Source of the DNA: Minisyncoccota bacterium | GTDB lineage: Bacteria; Patescibacteriota; Minisyncoccia; UBA6257; 2-01-FULL-56-20 | Length of the DNA: 44,916 bases | Reading direction: 5' to 3' | Assembly: GCA_036266715.1 (NCBI GenBank) | Contig: DATAXS010000012.1 | Coordinates: forward strand, 1 to 44,916 | Part shown: positions 8,507-18,718 of the stretch, in pieces | How the letters are laid out: each line of letters begins with the position of its first letter | Numbering within the stretch: the first letter of the stretch is position 1 | Notes under the pieces: generated by a model | What the model saw: the letters and a program-made list of their open reading frames with translations, nothing else | Databases searched by the model: none | Told to the model about the DNA's origin: nothing | Position numbers and translations under genes: made by a program

Positions 8507-9628
8507 ATGGATCCGTTTTTGAACAAAAGTTTTATACAGGGATCTCCTTTTACGCCATCCACCACTTCTTCGGCACCTCCTCCGCCGTCCGAGGTCAAAG
8601 TGCGTACGATGCGCTCAGACCTTGCCTCCATGGCAAAAAGCGGCGGTGGCCTGCCAAGATTTGAGAACGTAAAAGTAGAAGGAATTTCGCGGGAAACAAA
8701 AGCGCCCGTAAGTGTGCCTGGTGCGGCGGTCGGTCCGGTTCGCATGCAAGTTCCCGCGCCGCAGGCTCCCGTGCAAAATACCGCTTCGGTTGCGGAGGCG
8801 AGGGGACAACGTAGCGCAGTCACCGTGCTCATCGTGATTGCGGCGCTCGCGGTCCTGGGAGGAATCGGGTATTTCGCTTATCGCACATTTTTTGCGGGAG
8901 TCGCAGAAAACGCCGGTACGGGATCCGTCGCATCGCAGTCGGCAGGGAACACGGGGACCGCTTCCGGAGTTTCCGGCGCCGTCACAACTGCGACTCCCGC
9001 GCCCACCCCGGTTCCCTCGGTTACGCCATTCACGCACGTTTCGCTCTTCACCGCAAAGCCGGCGGACCAGGTGCTCATTCTTGCACTTTCCTCTTCCGGC
9101 GCCGGCGCGACCACCGCAGCCGACCTGGAAACCTTCGATCAGCGGTTGAGCTCGCTCCTCGCGACCGCAAAAAAGGCATCAACCATGATAGAGGTTGATG
9201 TAAAGGACGCGAATGGCAACGATATGAGCATCGGCAATATCCTCACCCAGGAAAATGCCGCAGTGCTTGCTCCGTCGTTCCTTGCGGCCAACTTCAGTCC
9301 CGATGCCACGTTCTTTGTGTACCGCGATGCGAATGGCTTCTGGCCCGGATACGTGCTTGCCCTCCAAGCGGGCGAAAGCCCGGCTGCCCTCCAGGGTGGC
9401 GTGGCACAGATGGAATCATCTTCCAATATCGCCAACCTTTTCTTGAACAATCCCGGCGCGCAGTCGCCCGACGGATTTACGGACAGCACGGTTGGCAGCG
9501 CGAACGTGCGCATCCTCCCGTTCCTGGACGCCACCCCGCCCGCGTACTTTATTTATGGCTGGTCCGGCAATGACCTCATTATTTCCACCTCGCAGGGCGG
9601 CTTTGAAGCGGCGCTAAACGGTCTTTGA
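8507..9628 (+). CDS. Hypothetical single-pass membrane protein (Pro/Ser/Thr-rich linkers)
   Basis: 373-aa ORF. Cytoplasmic N-terminus, TM helix [21 protein letters not shown], extracytoplasmic C-terminal domain. No domain recognised. Confidence 0.7.
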   Translation: MDPFLNKSFIQGSPFTPSTTSSAPPPPSEVKVRTMRSDLASMAKSGGGLPRFENVKVEGISRETKAPVSVPGAAVGPVRMQVPAPQAPVQNTASVAEARGQRSAVTVLIVIAALAVLGGIGYFAYRTFFAGVAENAGTGSVASQSAGNTGTASGVSGAVTTATPAPTPVPSVTPFTHVSLFTAKPADQVLILALSSSGAGATTAADLETFDQRLSSLLATAKKASTMIEVDVKDANGNDMSIGNILTQENAAVLAPSFLAANFSPDATFFVYRDANGFWPGYVLALQAGESPAALQGGVAQMESSSNIANLFLNNPGAQSPDGFTDSTVGSANVRILPFLDATPPAYFIYGWSGNDLIISTSQGGFEAALNGL

Positions 9629-10666
9629 TGCCTCTTTCTTTGTTTCTTCTGTGATCTTTTTCTTGATTTCCTCAACAAGTTTTTTGTCTTCCTTGAGCTT
9701 CAAGCGTGCGTTATCAAATCCCACACCAAGTTTTTCCCCCTCGAACGAGAAGCTCGCGCCGGATTTCTTGACCACCCCGCGATTCACGGCTGAGTTCAGC
9801 ACGTCCGCTTCGTAAGAAATTCCTTCGCCGAACATGATGTCGAATTCCGCAAGCCGGAAGGGCGCCGCGACTTTGTTCTTGACCACTTTGGCTTTTACGC
9901 GGTTGCCGACCACTTCTTCTCCTTTTTTGACCTGCGCGATGCGGCGGATATCTATGCGGACCGATGCGGCGAACTTGAGCGCCATGCCGCCGGGCGTGGT
10001 TTCCGGATTGCCGAACATCACGCCGATCTTCATGCGCAACTGGTTGATGAAGATGATCATTGTCTGCGTTTGATTCGCGATAGCGGTCAGCTTCCGCAGG
10101 GCTTGCGCCATCATCCGCGCCTGGCGCCCCACGTGCTGCGCTCCCATTTCGCCCTCAAGCTCCGCGCGCGGGGTGAGCGCCGCGACCGAGTCCACGACGA
10201 CGACCGAGATCATTTTTGAGCGGACCAAACTTTCCAAAATATTCAAAGCCTCCTCGCCGTTGTCCGGCTGGGATATGAGAAGATCGTTCACATGCACACC
10301 GAGCCGCGCGGCGTATTCCGGATCCATGGCGTGCTCCGCGTCTATGAACGCGCAGCGTCCGCCCTGCCGCTGGGCCTGGGCGACCACATTCAACGCGAGC
10401 GTGGTTTTGCCGCTGGACTCAGGTCCGTATATCTCTATGATTCTCCCGCGGGGAAGGCCGCCCACGCCGAGCGCGAGGTCAAGGGAGTACGAACCAGTGG
10501 GCACGACGGCAACATCCACTTTGCCGACCTCGCCGAGCTTCATGATCGCCCCTTCGCCGAACTTTTCCTGGAGCGCAGCAAGGAGATTGTCCAGATCTTT
10601 TGTTTTCTCTTCTTTTTTTACTTCTGCCTTCGTTTCTTTCACGGCTGCTTTTTTAGTTGGTGTCAT
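9614..10666 (-). CDS. recA: Recombinase RecA
   Basis: [12 protein letters not shown] Walker A, ..[10 protein letters not shown].., ..VVVDSVAAL.., full-length RecA similarity. Confidence 0.95.
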   Translation of the reverse strand: MTPTKKAAVKETKAEVKKEEKTKDLDNLLAALQEKFGEGAIMKLGEVGKVDVAVVPTGSYSLDLALGVGGLPRGRIIEIYGPESSGKTTLALNVVAQAQRQGGRCAFIDAEHAMDPEYAARLGVHVNDLLISQPDNGEEALNILESLVRSKMISVVVVDSVAALTPRAELEGEMGAQHVGRQARMMAQALRKLTAIANQTQTMIIFINQLRMKIGVMFGNPETTPGGMALKFAASVRIDIRRIAQVKKGEEVVGNRVKAKVVKNKVAAPFRLAEFDIMFGEGISYEADVLNSAVNRGVVKKSGASFSFEGEKLGVGFDNARLKLKEDKKLVEEIKKKITEETKKEASKTV

Positions 10667-10725
10667 ACGCCCATTATACCAAAGGGGACGTTAAATCTCT
10701 ATTAAATTTTTCTTGACAACGTTAT

Positions 10726-11472
10726 TTAAAAAGAGATTCCTGCGGTGGGTGAGGGGGTGGGCGAAGGTGTCGCGGGCACCGTGGAAGACGGAGTTGACGT
10801 CGCAGTAGATGAGACAACAGGCCCTTGGTAAATGATCTGTTCCATGACGTCCGTTTCGCCTCCCAAAAGTTTTTTTGCGCTCAGTTCAAATGTGTTAAGG
10901 CCGTCCTGGAGCAACACGGTCTTTTGCCAGGAGCCGTCGGTGGCGATCGGTATTTCCTCGCTGTCAGAGGCATTCCCATTGGAAAGATAGAGCACGTCAG
11001 CGTCCGCAACGGCGCCGCCGAGGGTGATGGTGTTCGCTCCGGTGGTATAGGGACTCGCGGGAGGATATACCACGCTGAGCGTGGGTTTGCCGATGATGTG
11101 GGGGATGGTCACCACGAGGTATATCACAATGATCACCGCAATTGCGCCCCAAAGCCAGAGCAACTTGGGAACCTTCTTTTTGATAAACCGATTTTGCGGG
11201 AGGGCGTCAGATGGCCCGGCATTTTTGATGGCGCTTGCCTGCTTGATCCGCCCCCACCATTCTTCGCCGTTGAACTCAAGTATTTTCCCGAGCCGGATGA
11301 CATACCCGCGGAAGTATGGCGTAGACGGCATTTCATCAAAATTGCCATGCAGCATATTTTCCAGATGCGTGGGCGCAATGCCGGTCGCCTCCGAAAGGCG
11401 CTTGAGCGTGAGCCCCTTGTCGCGCATCCGCGAGGCGAGAAATTCTTCAAATGTCAGTTCTTCGGGGGGCAT
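10726..11472 (-). CDS. RodZ-like helix-turn-helix membrane protein
   Basis: N-terminal Xre-type HTH (LTLKRLSEATGIAPTHLENMLHG), one TM helix, extracytoplasmic beta-rich domain, S/T/P tail. Confidence 0.7.
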   Translation of the reverse strand: MPPEELTFEEFLASRMRDKGLTLKRLSEATGIAPTHLENMLHGNFDEMPSTPYFRGYVIRLGKILEFNGEEWWGRIKQASAIKNAGPSDALPQNRFIKKKVPKLLWLWGAIAVIIVIYLVVTIPHIIGKPTLSVVYPPASPYTTGANTITLGGAVADADVLYLSNGNASDSEEIPIATDGSWQKTVLLQDGLNTFELSAKKLLGGETDVMEQIIYQGPVVSSTATSTPSSTVPATPSPTPSPTAGISF

Positions 11473-11499
11473 GAGGGTTGTGCGGGGAGGTTAGCCGTA

Positions 11500-13668
11500 T
11501 TATAGGATACGCGACTCTATTCTTTCAATGTTTACGTCGCGGGGCTTGGCGCCGTCGCCGGGGCCAATGAATCCGCCCGCTTCCATGAGGTCCAGCAAGC
11601 GCGCCGCGCGGGCGTATCCCACCTTCAGGCGCCTCTGCAAAAGAGATGCCGATGCTTTCTGTGCTTCCTTTACGATCGCAAGGGCTTCGTCAAAAAGCTC
11701 GTCGGAGTCGTCGTCGCTTTCGCCGAACGAGTCAAGATTTTGCGGTATAGAAACCCCGCCCGCGCTGTTTCCGTTCGCGCCTGCGGCATCGAACGCCACT
11801 TCTTCCATCTCTACTTTATTATTATCGCGGATAAAGTTCGCCACGTTCTTTATTTCTTCTTCGGTGATATAGGCACCCTGAATGCGCTTGGGCTTGGAAA
11901 GTTCTGCGGAAAGGAAAAGAAGATCGCCGTGGCCAAGGAGTTTTTCCGCGCCTGCGGTGTCTAAAATTGTCCGCGAATCAATTTGCGAGGCCACCTGGAG
12001 CGCGATGCGCGCGGTGACATTTGCCTTAATGAGGCCCGTAATCACTTCAACCGAAGGCCGCTGGGTGGCGAGGAGCAAGTGGATGCCCGTCGCCCGCGCC
12101 ATTTGCGCAAGGCGCACAATGGAACCCTCTACATCGCGGCCATACGAGGTCATGAGGTCTGCCATTTCGTCTATCACGAGGAGAATATAGGGAAGTAATT
12201 CGTCCGGGCCCTTGTGGGCGGCGTTATAGCTCTTAATGTCACGACTCCCGGCTTTTTGGAGCAGCTCATAGCGCCGTTCCATTTCGGAGATAGCCCATTT
12301 GAATACGCCGACCGCTTTTTTGTTTTCCGTGATGACGGGACTCACAAGGTGCGGGATGCCTTCGTATATGGAAAGTTCCACGCGTTTGGGGTCAATGAGC
12401 ACGAGCTTGAGGGTCTGCGGCGAGTTCTTATATAAGAGGGAAATGAGGAGCGAGTGCACGAGGATGGATTTGCCGGAACCCGTGGCGCCCGCCACAAGCA
12501 TGTGCGGCATCTTTTCTATATTTGTGAACACCGGCTCGCCGGAAACATCGCGGCCGAGCACAAAGCCAAGGGGACCGGACGCGTTAAAGTCCGGATAGTT
12601 CATCAAGCTGCCCAGGCGCACGAGCGCGGCGGCTTTGTTCGGCACCTCAATGCCCACGAGCGACTTGCCGGGAATCGGCGCCTCTATGCGGATGGGATGT
12701 GCGGCGAGCGAGAGCGCAAGGTCGGAGTTCAAAGCCGTGATGCGGGAGAGCTTCACGCCCTCGGCGGGCTTCAGAGTATACCGCGTGACGGCGGGACCCA
12801 CATTAATTTCTCCCATCTCCACCGCAATGCCAAAACTTTCCAAGGTACGCTTGATGATGTTCGCGTTTGCAAGGAGATCGCCCGTAGTGGGCTTCCCAAT
12901 TTCCGCCTTAAGAAGCGAAAGCGGCGGCGGCACGTAGTTTGTGAACACCGGCATTTTTATTTTCTTCATCTTGCCGGCATCCGGCGCGGGTTTTGCGGAA
13001 GCGACGGAGACCGCTTTTATTTCGCCTGCGTCTTCGTCGTCCTCTTCTTTGTCGCCGAGCTCTTTGTCCTGCTTGGCGGCTTTGCCCTCGGCGCCCGTCA
13101 CGACGAGCGGTTCTTTGTCGTCCTCATCTTCTTGCGAGGTCTTTTTTTCTGGCCACGTCAACTTCAAGGGGACATTCGCCGTGATAAGGATGGAAATTAT
13201 CAACACGAACCCGTCAATAATGCCCGCCGCAATCCGTCCGAACGGATAACTCAAGGAGCCAAGCGCGAACCCGAGCCAGCCGCCGCTCCCGGGCGAGAAC
13301 ACGTGGATGAGGCCAAGAAATGAAAGAATGAGGAGCCCGCCGCCAAGGAGCGTCGTCATGAGGATCTTCGTCTCGCGCGAGAGAAAGAATACGAGCGATG
13401 CAAAAAGGAGCGTTACGGGCAGAATAAAGTATCCCCAGCCAAAAAGCGCGTAGAGACCCTGGTATATGGTCGCTCCCGCAGGGCCTGCTTCCTCAAACCT
13501 TGCAAGCACAAGAAGCACGGCAACACATACAAACACTATGCCCCAGATGCTCTTTTTGGTCTCCGGATGGAGGCGGAGGCCTTCTCCGTCTGTCTTCCCG
13601 TTCCCGCCGTTTCTGCCGCCGTTTTTTTTGCGGTCGGCATTCGCCCCGTTTCCATTCCGTTTCGCCAT
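11500..13668 (-). CDS. ftsK: DNA translocase FtsK/SpoIIIE
   Basis: N-terminal TM helices, acidic linker, motor domain with VAGATGSGKS Walker A, C-terminal winged-helix gamma domain (..LLQRRLKVGYARAARLLDLME..). Confidence 0.93.
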   Translation of the reverse strand: MAKRNGNGANADRKKNGGRNGGNGKTDGEGLRLHPETKKSIWGIVFVCVAVLLVLARFEEAGPAGATIYQGLYALFGWGYFILPVTLLFASLVFFLSRETKILMTTLLGGGLLILSFLGLIHVFSPGSGGWLGFALGSLSYPFGRIAAGIIDGFVLIISILITANVPLKLTWPEKKTSQEDEDDKEPLVVTGAEGKAAKQDKELGDKEEDDEDAGEIKAVSVASAKPAPDAGKMKKIKMPVFTNYVPPPLSLLKAEIGKPTTGDLLANANIIKRTLESFGIAVEMGEINVGPAVTRYTLKPAEGVKLSRITALNSDLALSLAAHPIRIEAPIPGKSLVGIEVPNKAAALVRLGSLMNYPDFNASGPLGFVLGRDVSGEPVFTNIEKMPHMLVAGATGSGKSILVHSLLISLLYKNSPQTLKLVLIDPKRVELSIYEGIPHLVSPVITENKKAVGVFKWAISEMERRYELLQKAGSRDIKSYNAAHKGPDELLPYILLVIDEMADLMTSYGRDVEGSIVRLAQMARATGIHLLLATQRPSVEVITGLIKANVTARIALQVASQIDSRTILDTAGAEKLLGHGDLLFLSAELSKPKRIQGAYITEEEIKNVANFIRDNNKVEMEEVAFDAAGANGNSAGGVSIPQNLDSFGESDDDSDELFDEALAIVKEAQKASASLLQRRLKVGYARAARLLDLMEAGGFIGPGDGAKPRDVNIERIESRIL

Positions 13669-13821
13669 AATGCTCTCATTTTAACACCAGTTCCCGACTT
13701 TTGATAAGATTGAAGGGTACGGGAGATCCTCGCCGTCCGTCATGTCGGTTACGCCGCCGGTCAGGCAGAAACCTTTTTAAGGGTTCTGCGTTACCCCTTC
13801 AACAATATCCCATTTATTTGT

Positions 13822-14610
13822 ATGAAATCATTTCGCGCAAAAGAACTCATTGTGTTCGACATGGACGGCACGCTCACGCCGAGCAAATCCATTGCGGACA
13901 AAGAAATGGTGGCCCTTTTGCTCCAGCTTCTCGAAAAAAAGCGCGTGGCGGTGATAGGCGGCGGTAAATATTCGCTCTTTAAAGAGCAGCTCGTAAACCG
14001 TTTTCCCCGACGCGACGCCCGGCTCGCAAACCTGTTCCTTTTCCCCACGACCGCGAACGCATTCTATCGCTATAAGAATGGAACATGGAAAAACGTGTAT
14101 ACACTCGACCTTTCCAAAGAAGAAAAAGCCGGAATACGGGCGGCCTTTCGGGAAACATTGAAAGAGATCAACTACGTACCGCCGAAAAAGGTGTACGGAG
14201 TAACTCTGGAAGACCGCGGCACGCAGATGAGCTTTTCTCCGCTCGGGCAGGAGATCGTGACGGTGCTCGGGACAAAAGGAATCGCGCTCAAGGAGCAGTG
14301 GAAAAAGAAGAACGACCCTTTGCGGTTCAAGATCGCGAAGCTCGTGGGAAAGCGCCTGCCGAAGCTTGAGGTGCACGTGGGCGGCATCACGACCATAGAT
14401 ATCACGCGGAAAGGGATCGATAAGGCGTACGGACTCCGGCAGATAAAAAAATATCTCCACGTGCCCATCGCAAAAATGTTCTTTATGGGTGACGCGCTCT
14501 ACCCCGGCGGCAACGATTATGCGGTAAAAAAGACCGGCGTGGATTGCGCAAAAGTGGACGGCCCACAAGACACAAAAAAGATCATTAAAAAAATCTTAAA
14601 GGACGCTTGA
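13822..14610 (+). CDS. HAD-IIB family hydrolase (phosphomannomutase-like fold)
   Basis: FDMDGTLTPS motif I and GDALYPGGNDY motif IV, cap domain between them. Confidence 0.75.
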   Translation: MKSFRAKELIVFDMDGTLTPSKSIADKEMVALLLQLLEKKRVAVIGGGKYSLFKEQLVNRFPRRDARLANLFLFPTTANAFYRYKNGTWKNVYTLDLSKEEKAGIRAAFRETLKEINYVPPKKVYGVTLEDRGTQMSFSPLGQEIVTVLGTKGIALKEQWKKKNDPLRFKIAKLVGKRLPKLEVHVGGITTIDITRKGIDKAYGLRQIKKYLHVPIAKMFFMGDALYPGGNDYAVKKTGVDCAKVDGPQDTKKIIKKILKDA

Positions 14611-14620
14611 CAACGCGCCG

Positions 14621-14649
14621 TTGACAATCCCCGTTTGAGGCAGTATGAT
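14621..14649 (+). promoter_or_regulatory. Consensus-like sigma-70 promoter of the YkuK-like gene
   Basis: TTGACA (14621-14626), 17 nt spacer, TATGAT (14644-14649), 8 nt before ATG 14658. Confidence 0.65.
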
Positions 14650-14657
14650 GCGCATAC

Positions 14658-15137
14658 ATGCCAGATTTCTTGAACAGTTCGCTCGGTATCCGTATGACCG
14701 TCCCCGAGGTCGTGCAGAATATTATTGATTTTATGCGCGCGGAGCCGATGCGCCACTACAAGGTGACGATCGGGACCGATTCGGAGCTTCTTGCCGGGAA
14801 AAAGGCGGACTTTGTGACGGCGATCGTGGTGCATCGCGTGGGCAACGGCGGCCGCTATTTTTGGAGGCGTTTTGAACTGGGAAAATTCCACAATCTCCGC
14901 GACCGCATTATCCGCGAGGTGCTCATCTCGCTTGAAGTGGCGGAAAAGGTACTTGCCGAGCTCAAGAAATCACCGCTCCCCGAATTTGAATTTGAGATCC
15001 ATGCCGACCTCGGCATGAACGGGCCGACCAAGGCCATCATTCCCGAAGTCGTCGCCATGATCCGCGCGAGCAATTTTGAAGTAAAGACAAAGCCGGAAAG
15101 TTACGCGGCATCGAACGTCGCGGACCGTCACGTGTAA
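14658..15137 (+). CDS. YkuK/DUF458-like RNase H-fold protein
   Basis: KVTIGTDSE..ADFVTAIVVHRVGNGGRYF.. resembles the YkuK family core. Confidence 0.65.
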   Translation: MPDFLNSSLGIRMTVPEVVQNIIDFMRAEPMRHYKVTIGTDSELLAGKKADFVTAIVVHRVGNGGRYFWRRFELGKFHNLRDRIIREVLISLEVAEKVLAELKKSPLPEFEFEIHADLGMNGPTKAIIPEVVAMIRASNFEVKTKPESYAASNVADRHV

Positions 15138-15138
15138 G

Positions 15139-15212
15139 GATTTTTCTCTGCAGGTGATTTTGGGACAGAGTACGGAACTACGCTGCCCAAAAATTACCTG
15201 CAGAGAAAAATC
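15139..15212. repeat. Long hairpin homologous to the pnp terminator hairpin
   Basis: About 23-bp stem gatttttctctgcaggtgatttt / aaaaattacctgcagagaaaaatc. The loop gggacAGAGTACGGAaCtACgCTGCCc matches the 8419-8446 loop. Confidence 0.7.
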
Positions 15213-15220
15213 ATTCAAAC

Positions 15221-15802
15221 ATGGATACTCTCGTTTTCGACATTGAAACCCAGAACTTTTTTACGGACCCCGGCGTCGGCTGGGATAATTTTGCCGCGCT
15301 CAAAATTTCCGTCGTAGGCGTCTACTCCTATCTTTACGACAAGTATTTTGTGTTTGAGGAAAATGAGATGAACAAGCTCGCGGAACTTTTCCGCGAAGCG
15401 CGGCGGATCGTGGGGTTCAGCATGAACCGCTACGACGTGCCGGTGCTCAATAATTATTTCCAGAAACTCCGGAGCGGCGCGCCGAACCTTTGGGAAAAGG
15501 AGCGCGTGGACCTTTTGGAAGAGATAGAGATGGCGGCAAAGACGCGGGTGAGCCTGAGCCGGCTCGCGGAGGCGAACCTCGGCGTAAAAAAAGATCGCCA
15601 TGGGTCAGAGGCGATCGTGCTTTACCGCGAAGGGAAGATGGAAGAGCTTAAGGAATATTGTTTGAACGACGTGAAACTTACCAAAGAACTGTATGATCTC
15701 TACGGCAAGCAGAACTACTTTTTGATGCCGGACAAAAAGACGGGGGAGATCGTAAAGGTGATGCTTGCCAAACCACTTGCCACTGGCCCTGCGCTTTTCT
15801 AG
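15221..15802 (+). CDS. DnaQ-like DEDD 3'-5' exonuclease domain protein
   Basis: Exo motifs LVFDIETQN (I), GFSMNRYDVPVL (II), YCLNDVKLTKELY (III). Confidence 0.75.
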   Translation: MDTLVFDIETQNFFTDPGVGWDNFAALKISVVGVYSYLYDKYFVFEENEMNKLAELFREARRIVGFSMNRYDVPVLNNYFQKLRSGAPNLWEKERVDLLEEIEMAAKTRVSLSRLAEANLGVKKDRHGSEAIVLYREGKMEELKEYCLNDVKLTKELYDLYGKQNYFLMPDKKTGEIVKVMLAKPLATGPALF

Positions 15803-16009
15803 GTTGAGACCCGAGAATTGCGTGCTGGAAGAGGGGGCCGGAGTGCGTTGAGTCGCCCTTTTCAACGCACTCCGGGCGCTCATGCGCAGGAAGGCCCGGG
15901 TTTCCCTTGCCGCCTCACCAGTCCCCGTGGGATGGTGGAAGGCCGCGTCGCAGAGCGCTCTTGCTCGTCGCGTGGAGCAAGTATGAGCATTATGCATTGG
16001 CACCCCGCT

Positions 16010-16038
16010 TTGTCAACTTTATTGAAGGATGTTAAAAC
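16010..16038 (+). promoter_or_regulatory. Promoter of the cysteine desulfurase gene
   Basis: TTGTCA (16010-16015), 17 nt spacer, TAAAAC (16033-16038), 8 nt before ATG 16047. The upstream in-frame ATG 16029 lies inside the spacer. Confidence 0.5.
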
Positions 16039-16046
16039 AAAAAAGG

Positions 16047-17222
16047 ATGAATACCGATAAGCGCATTTATTTGGATTATGCCGCAGCCACGCCCGTGGAC
16101 ACGGCGGTGTTGCGCGCCATGGAGCCGTACTTCGGCGGGAAGTTTGGGAATCCCGGCTCGCTCCACGCGTTTGGCCAGGAGGCGATCGCGGCGGTGGACC
16201 ATGCGCGCGAAGCGCTTGCCCGTGCGCTCGGCGCGGAATTCCGGCAGATCATTTTTACGGCATCCGCGACCGAAGCGAACAATCTTGCGCTTCGGGGGGT
16301 TACCGCGCAATTTAAGAAAGCACGGCCCGCGTCCACGCCGCACCTCGTTGTCTCCGCGATCGAACACGAATCCGTCCTCGAGACCGCGCGCGCCCTTGAA
16401 GCGGCAGGCGATGCCAAGGTGACCTACGTCCCCGTGGGCGCGGAAGGGAAAATAGATTTAAAAAATATTAAAGAAAGCTTGACACCGGAAACAGCGCTCG
16501 TTTCCGTTATGTACGCGAACAACGAGGTGGGCACCATGGAACCCGTGCGCGAGATCGCGGCGCTCGTAAAACTCGTAAAAAATGTGTATCCGCTTTTACA
16601 CACCGACGCCGCGCAGGCATTCCAGTTTTTTGATTGCAAGGCGAGTGAGCTCGGCGTGGACCTTATGACCATTTCTTCGCACAAGATTTACGGGCCGAAA
16701 GGTGCAGGTGCTCTTTACGTGGGGGATCTGAAGTTCCTCGCGCCGTCGGTAACGGGGGGAGGCCAGGAATTTGGGCTTCGTTCCGGCACGGAAAACGTGC
16801 CTGCCATCGTGGGATTTGCCAAGGCGGCGGAGCTTGTTGCCGTGCCGCCCGGGAAAACGCGCGAAGAAAAAAACCGGAGGATCCAAGGTCTCCGCGAAGA
16901 GCTTTGGGCACAGATAAAATCGTTTTGTCCGGAAGCGGTGCTGAATGGCCCCGCGGACAGCGCGGAAAAACTCCCCAACATCCTGAACGTCTATTTCCCT
17001 GCGCGCGCGGCTCAGGACCTTTTGACCAAATTTGACCTGAACGGACTTGCCGCATCATCCGGCTCGGCATGCCGGTCACGTGCGCTTGAATCATCGTACG
17101 TAATCGAGTCACTCGGATACTCAAAGGAGCGGGCAAAGTCCAGCATCCGCTTTAGCTTGGGGCGGCCTACCACCAGGGAAGAGGTGTTGCGGGCGGCGGA
17201 GGTCATCAAAAAGGCACTTTAG
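16047..17222 (+). CDS. Cysteine desulfurase, NifS/IscS class (PLP-dependent)
   Basis: ..IYLDYAATPV.., ..SSHKIYGPKGAGALYV.. (PLP lysine), ..SSGSACRS.. active-site Cys loop. Alternative start at 16029. Confidence 0.9.
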   Translation: MNTDKRIYLDYAAATPVDTAVLRAMEPYFGGKFGNPGSLHAFGQEAIAAVDHAREALARALGAEFRQIIFTASATEANNLALRGVTAQFKKARPASTPHLVVSAIEHESVLETARALEAAGDAKVTYVPVGAEGKIDLKNIKESLTPETALVSVMYANNEVGTMEPVREIAALVKLVKNVYPLLHTDAAQAFQFFDCKASELGVDLMTISSHKIYGPKGAGALYVGDLKFLAPSVTGGGQEFGLRSGTENVPAIVGFAKAAELVAVPPGKTREEKNRRIQGLREELWAQIKSFCPEAVLNGPADSAEKLPNILNVYFPARAAQDLLTKFDLNGLAASSGSACRSRALESSYVIESLGYSKERAKSSIRFSLGRPTTREEVLRAAEVIKKAL

Positions 17223-17351
17223 GCCCGCCGGGGCGGGGCACGGCAGGCCGCCGGGCACACGCCACGCCTTGGCGAAACTTTTTTGCGGGTACTTCGTATC
17301 AGTTACAAAGGGTCTATGGCCAAGCCGTATGCCACTGCGGGTTGTGGTGAA

Positions 17352-17379
17352 TTGCACGGCTTGCATATAGTCATATAAT
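17352..17379 (+). promoter_or_regulatory. Promoter of htrA
   Basis: TTGCAC (17352-17357), 16 nt spacer, TATAAT (17374-17379), 7 nt before ATG 17387. Confidence 0.6.
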
Positions 17380-17386
17380 AAGAATT

Positions 17387-18718
17387 ATGGAAGAAGAAAA
17401 TAAAAGAGAACCGAAAACGGCGAGGAGAAGGGGCAAGCGGAAAATATTCGGGATTGTGGTACTCGCGCTCATTGCGGGCTTGTGCATCGGCGTGGCACTC
17501 AACGCGCCACAGGCGCAGGCGAACGGGATTACGGATTTCTTTAGCCAACTTTTTTCGTTCCCCGCACTGCCATTTGGTATTTTGGGGTCTGGCAACGCGG
17601 CTCCCGCGGCCAACCAATCCTCCAGCGTTTCGCTGTATCAACCCGTTGCCGATTATGAGAACGCCGTGGTCACCGCAACCAAGAACGCGTCGCCCGCAGT
17701 CGTTTCCATCATCATTTCCGAAAATGTACCGGTGGTTGAACAGTGCCCCTACAACCCATTTGAAGATCTTCCTCCCGAATTCCAGCAGTTTTTGGGTAAC
17801 GGCAGTTCGTCCGATATGACCCAGCCATGCGACACCGGGCAGACCCAGCTCCAGCAGGTGGGCGGCGGTTCCGGTTTCATCATTTCTTCCGATGGACTCA
17901 TTCTCACCAACAAGCATGTGGTTTCCGACGCGAGCGCTTCGTACACCGTGATCACAAACGATGGTACGCAATATAACGCGACCGTGCTCGCGCGCGATCC
18001 GGACCAAGACCTCGCGGTCGTGAAGATTGACGCGAGTAACCTCCCCACGGTCACGCTCGGCGACTCGGACGGGCTCCAGCTCGGCCAGACTGCCATTGCG
18101 ATAGGAAACGCACTCGGCCAGTTCTCCAACACGGTTTCCGTGGGCGTGGTTTCCGGCCTCGAGAGGACTGTAACCGCGCAGGCGCCCGACACCGGCGCGG
18201 AGGAAACGATAGAAAACGTCATCCAAACCGACGCCGCGATCAACCCCGGCAATTCCGGGGGACCGCTCCTCAACCTGGAAGGCCAGGTGATCGGCATTAA
18301 TACCGCGATCGCCTCGGACGCAGAGAACATTGGTTTTGCCATTCCCATTAACCAGGCCAAGCATGACATCAGCTCCGTTGAATCAACCGGCCAGATCGAG
18401 ACGGCATATCTCGGCGTGCGCTACATCCCCGTGACCTCGGACATTGCGCAGCAGCAAGGCCTGCCCGTTGATTACGGCGCGCTCGTGCGCGGCGATTCCA
18501 CCGGTCCCGGCGTGGAACCCAACTCTCCGGCGGCAAAAGCCGGCGTGCAGGCGGAGGACATCATCACGGCAGTGAACGGTACCAGCTTAGAGAACAACGA
18601 CCTTGCGGCAGTGGTGTCACAATATAATCCCGGAACCGCGGTTACGCTCACCATCAACCGCGCGGGCAAGACCATCACGCTCCAAGTCACGCTCGGCACG
18701 CGTCCGGCAGGGTCGTAG
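17387..18718 (+). CDS. htrA: HtrA/DegP-family serine protease with PDZ domain
   Basis: N-terminal TM anchor, trypsin-like domain (..LTNKHVV.., ..DLAVVKI.., ..GNSGGPLLN..), C-terminal PDZ. Confidence 0.92.
   Translation: MEEENKREPKTARRRGKRKIFGIVVLALIAGLCIGVALNAPQAQANGITDFFSQLFSFPALPFGILGSGNAAPAANQSSSVSLYQPVADYENAVVTATKNASPAVVSIIISENVPVVEQCPYNPFEDLPPEFQQFLGNGSSSDMTQPCDTGQTQLQQVGGGSGFIISSDGLILTNKHVVSDASASYTVITNDGTQYNATVLARDPDQDLAVVKIDASNLPTVTLGDSDGLQLGQTAIAIGNALGQFSNTVSVGVVSGLERTVTAQAPDTGAEETIENVIQTDAAINPGNSGGPLLNLEGQVIGINTAIASDAENIGFAIPINQAKHDISSVESTGQIETAYLGVRYIPVTSDIAQQQGLPVDYGALVRGDSTGPGVEPNSPAAKAGVQAEDIITAVNGTSLENNDLAAVVSQYNPGTAVTLTINRAGKTITLQVTLGTRPAGS

Noticed and set aside
12454-13323. 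289-aa plus-strand ORF antisense to ftsK
   Set aside because: It lies inside the FtsK motor and linker region. It has low-complexity Arg/Gly composition and no start-site signals.
15818-16060. 80-aa plus-strand ORF in the exonuclease / cysteine desulfurase spacer
   Set aside because: The translation is Arg/Gly/Ser/Pro-rich and crosses perfect hairpins and the downstream promoter. It is more likely non-coding structured DNA.
17303-18364. 353-aa minus-strand ORF (also 17749..18369) antisense to htrA
   Set aside because: It lies entirely inside the well-supported htrA gene. The translation is Arg/Gly/Val-rich with no motifs, which is the typical shadow ORF of GC-rich coding DNA.
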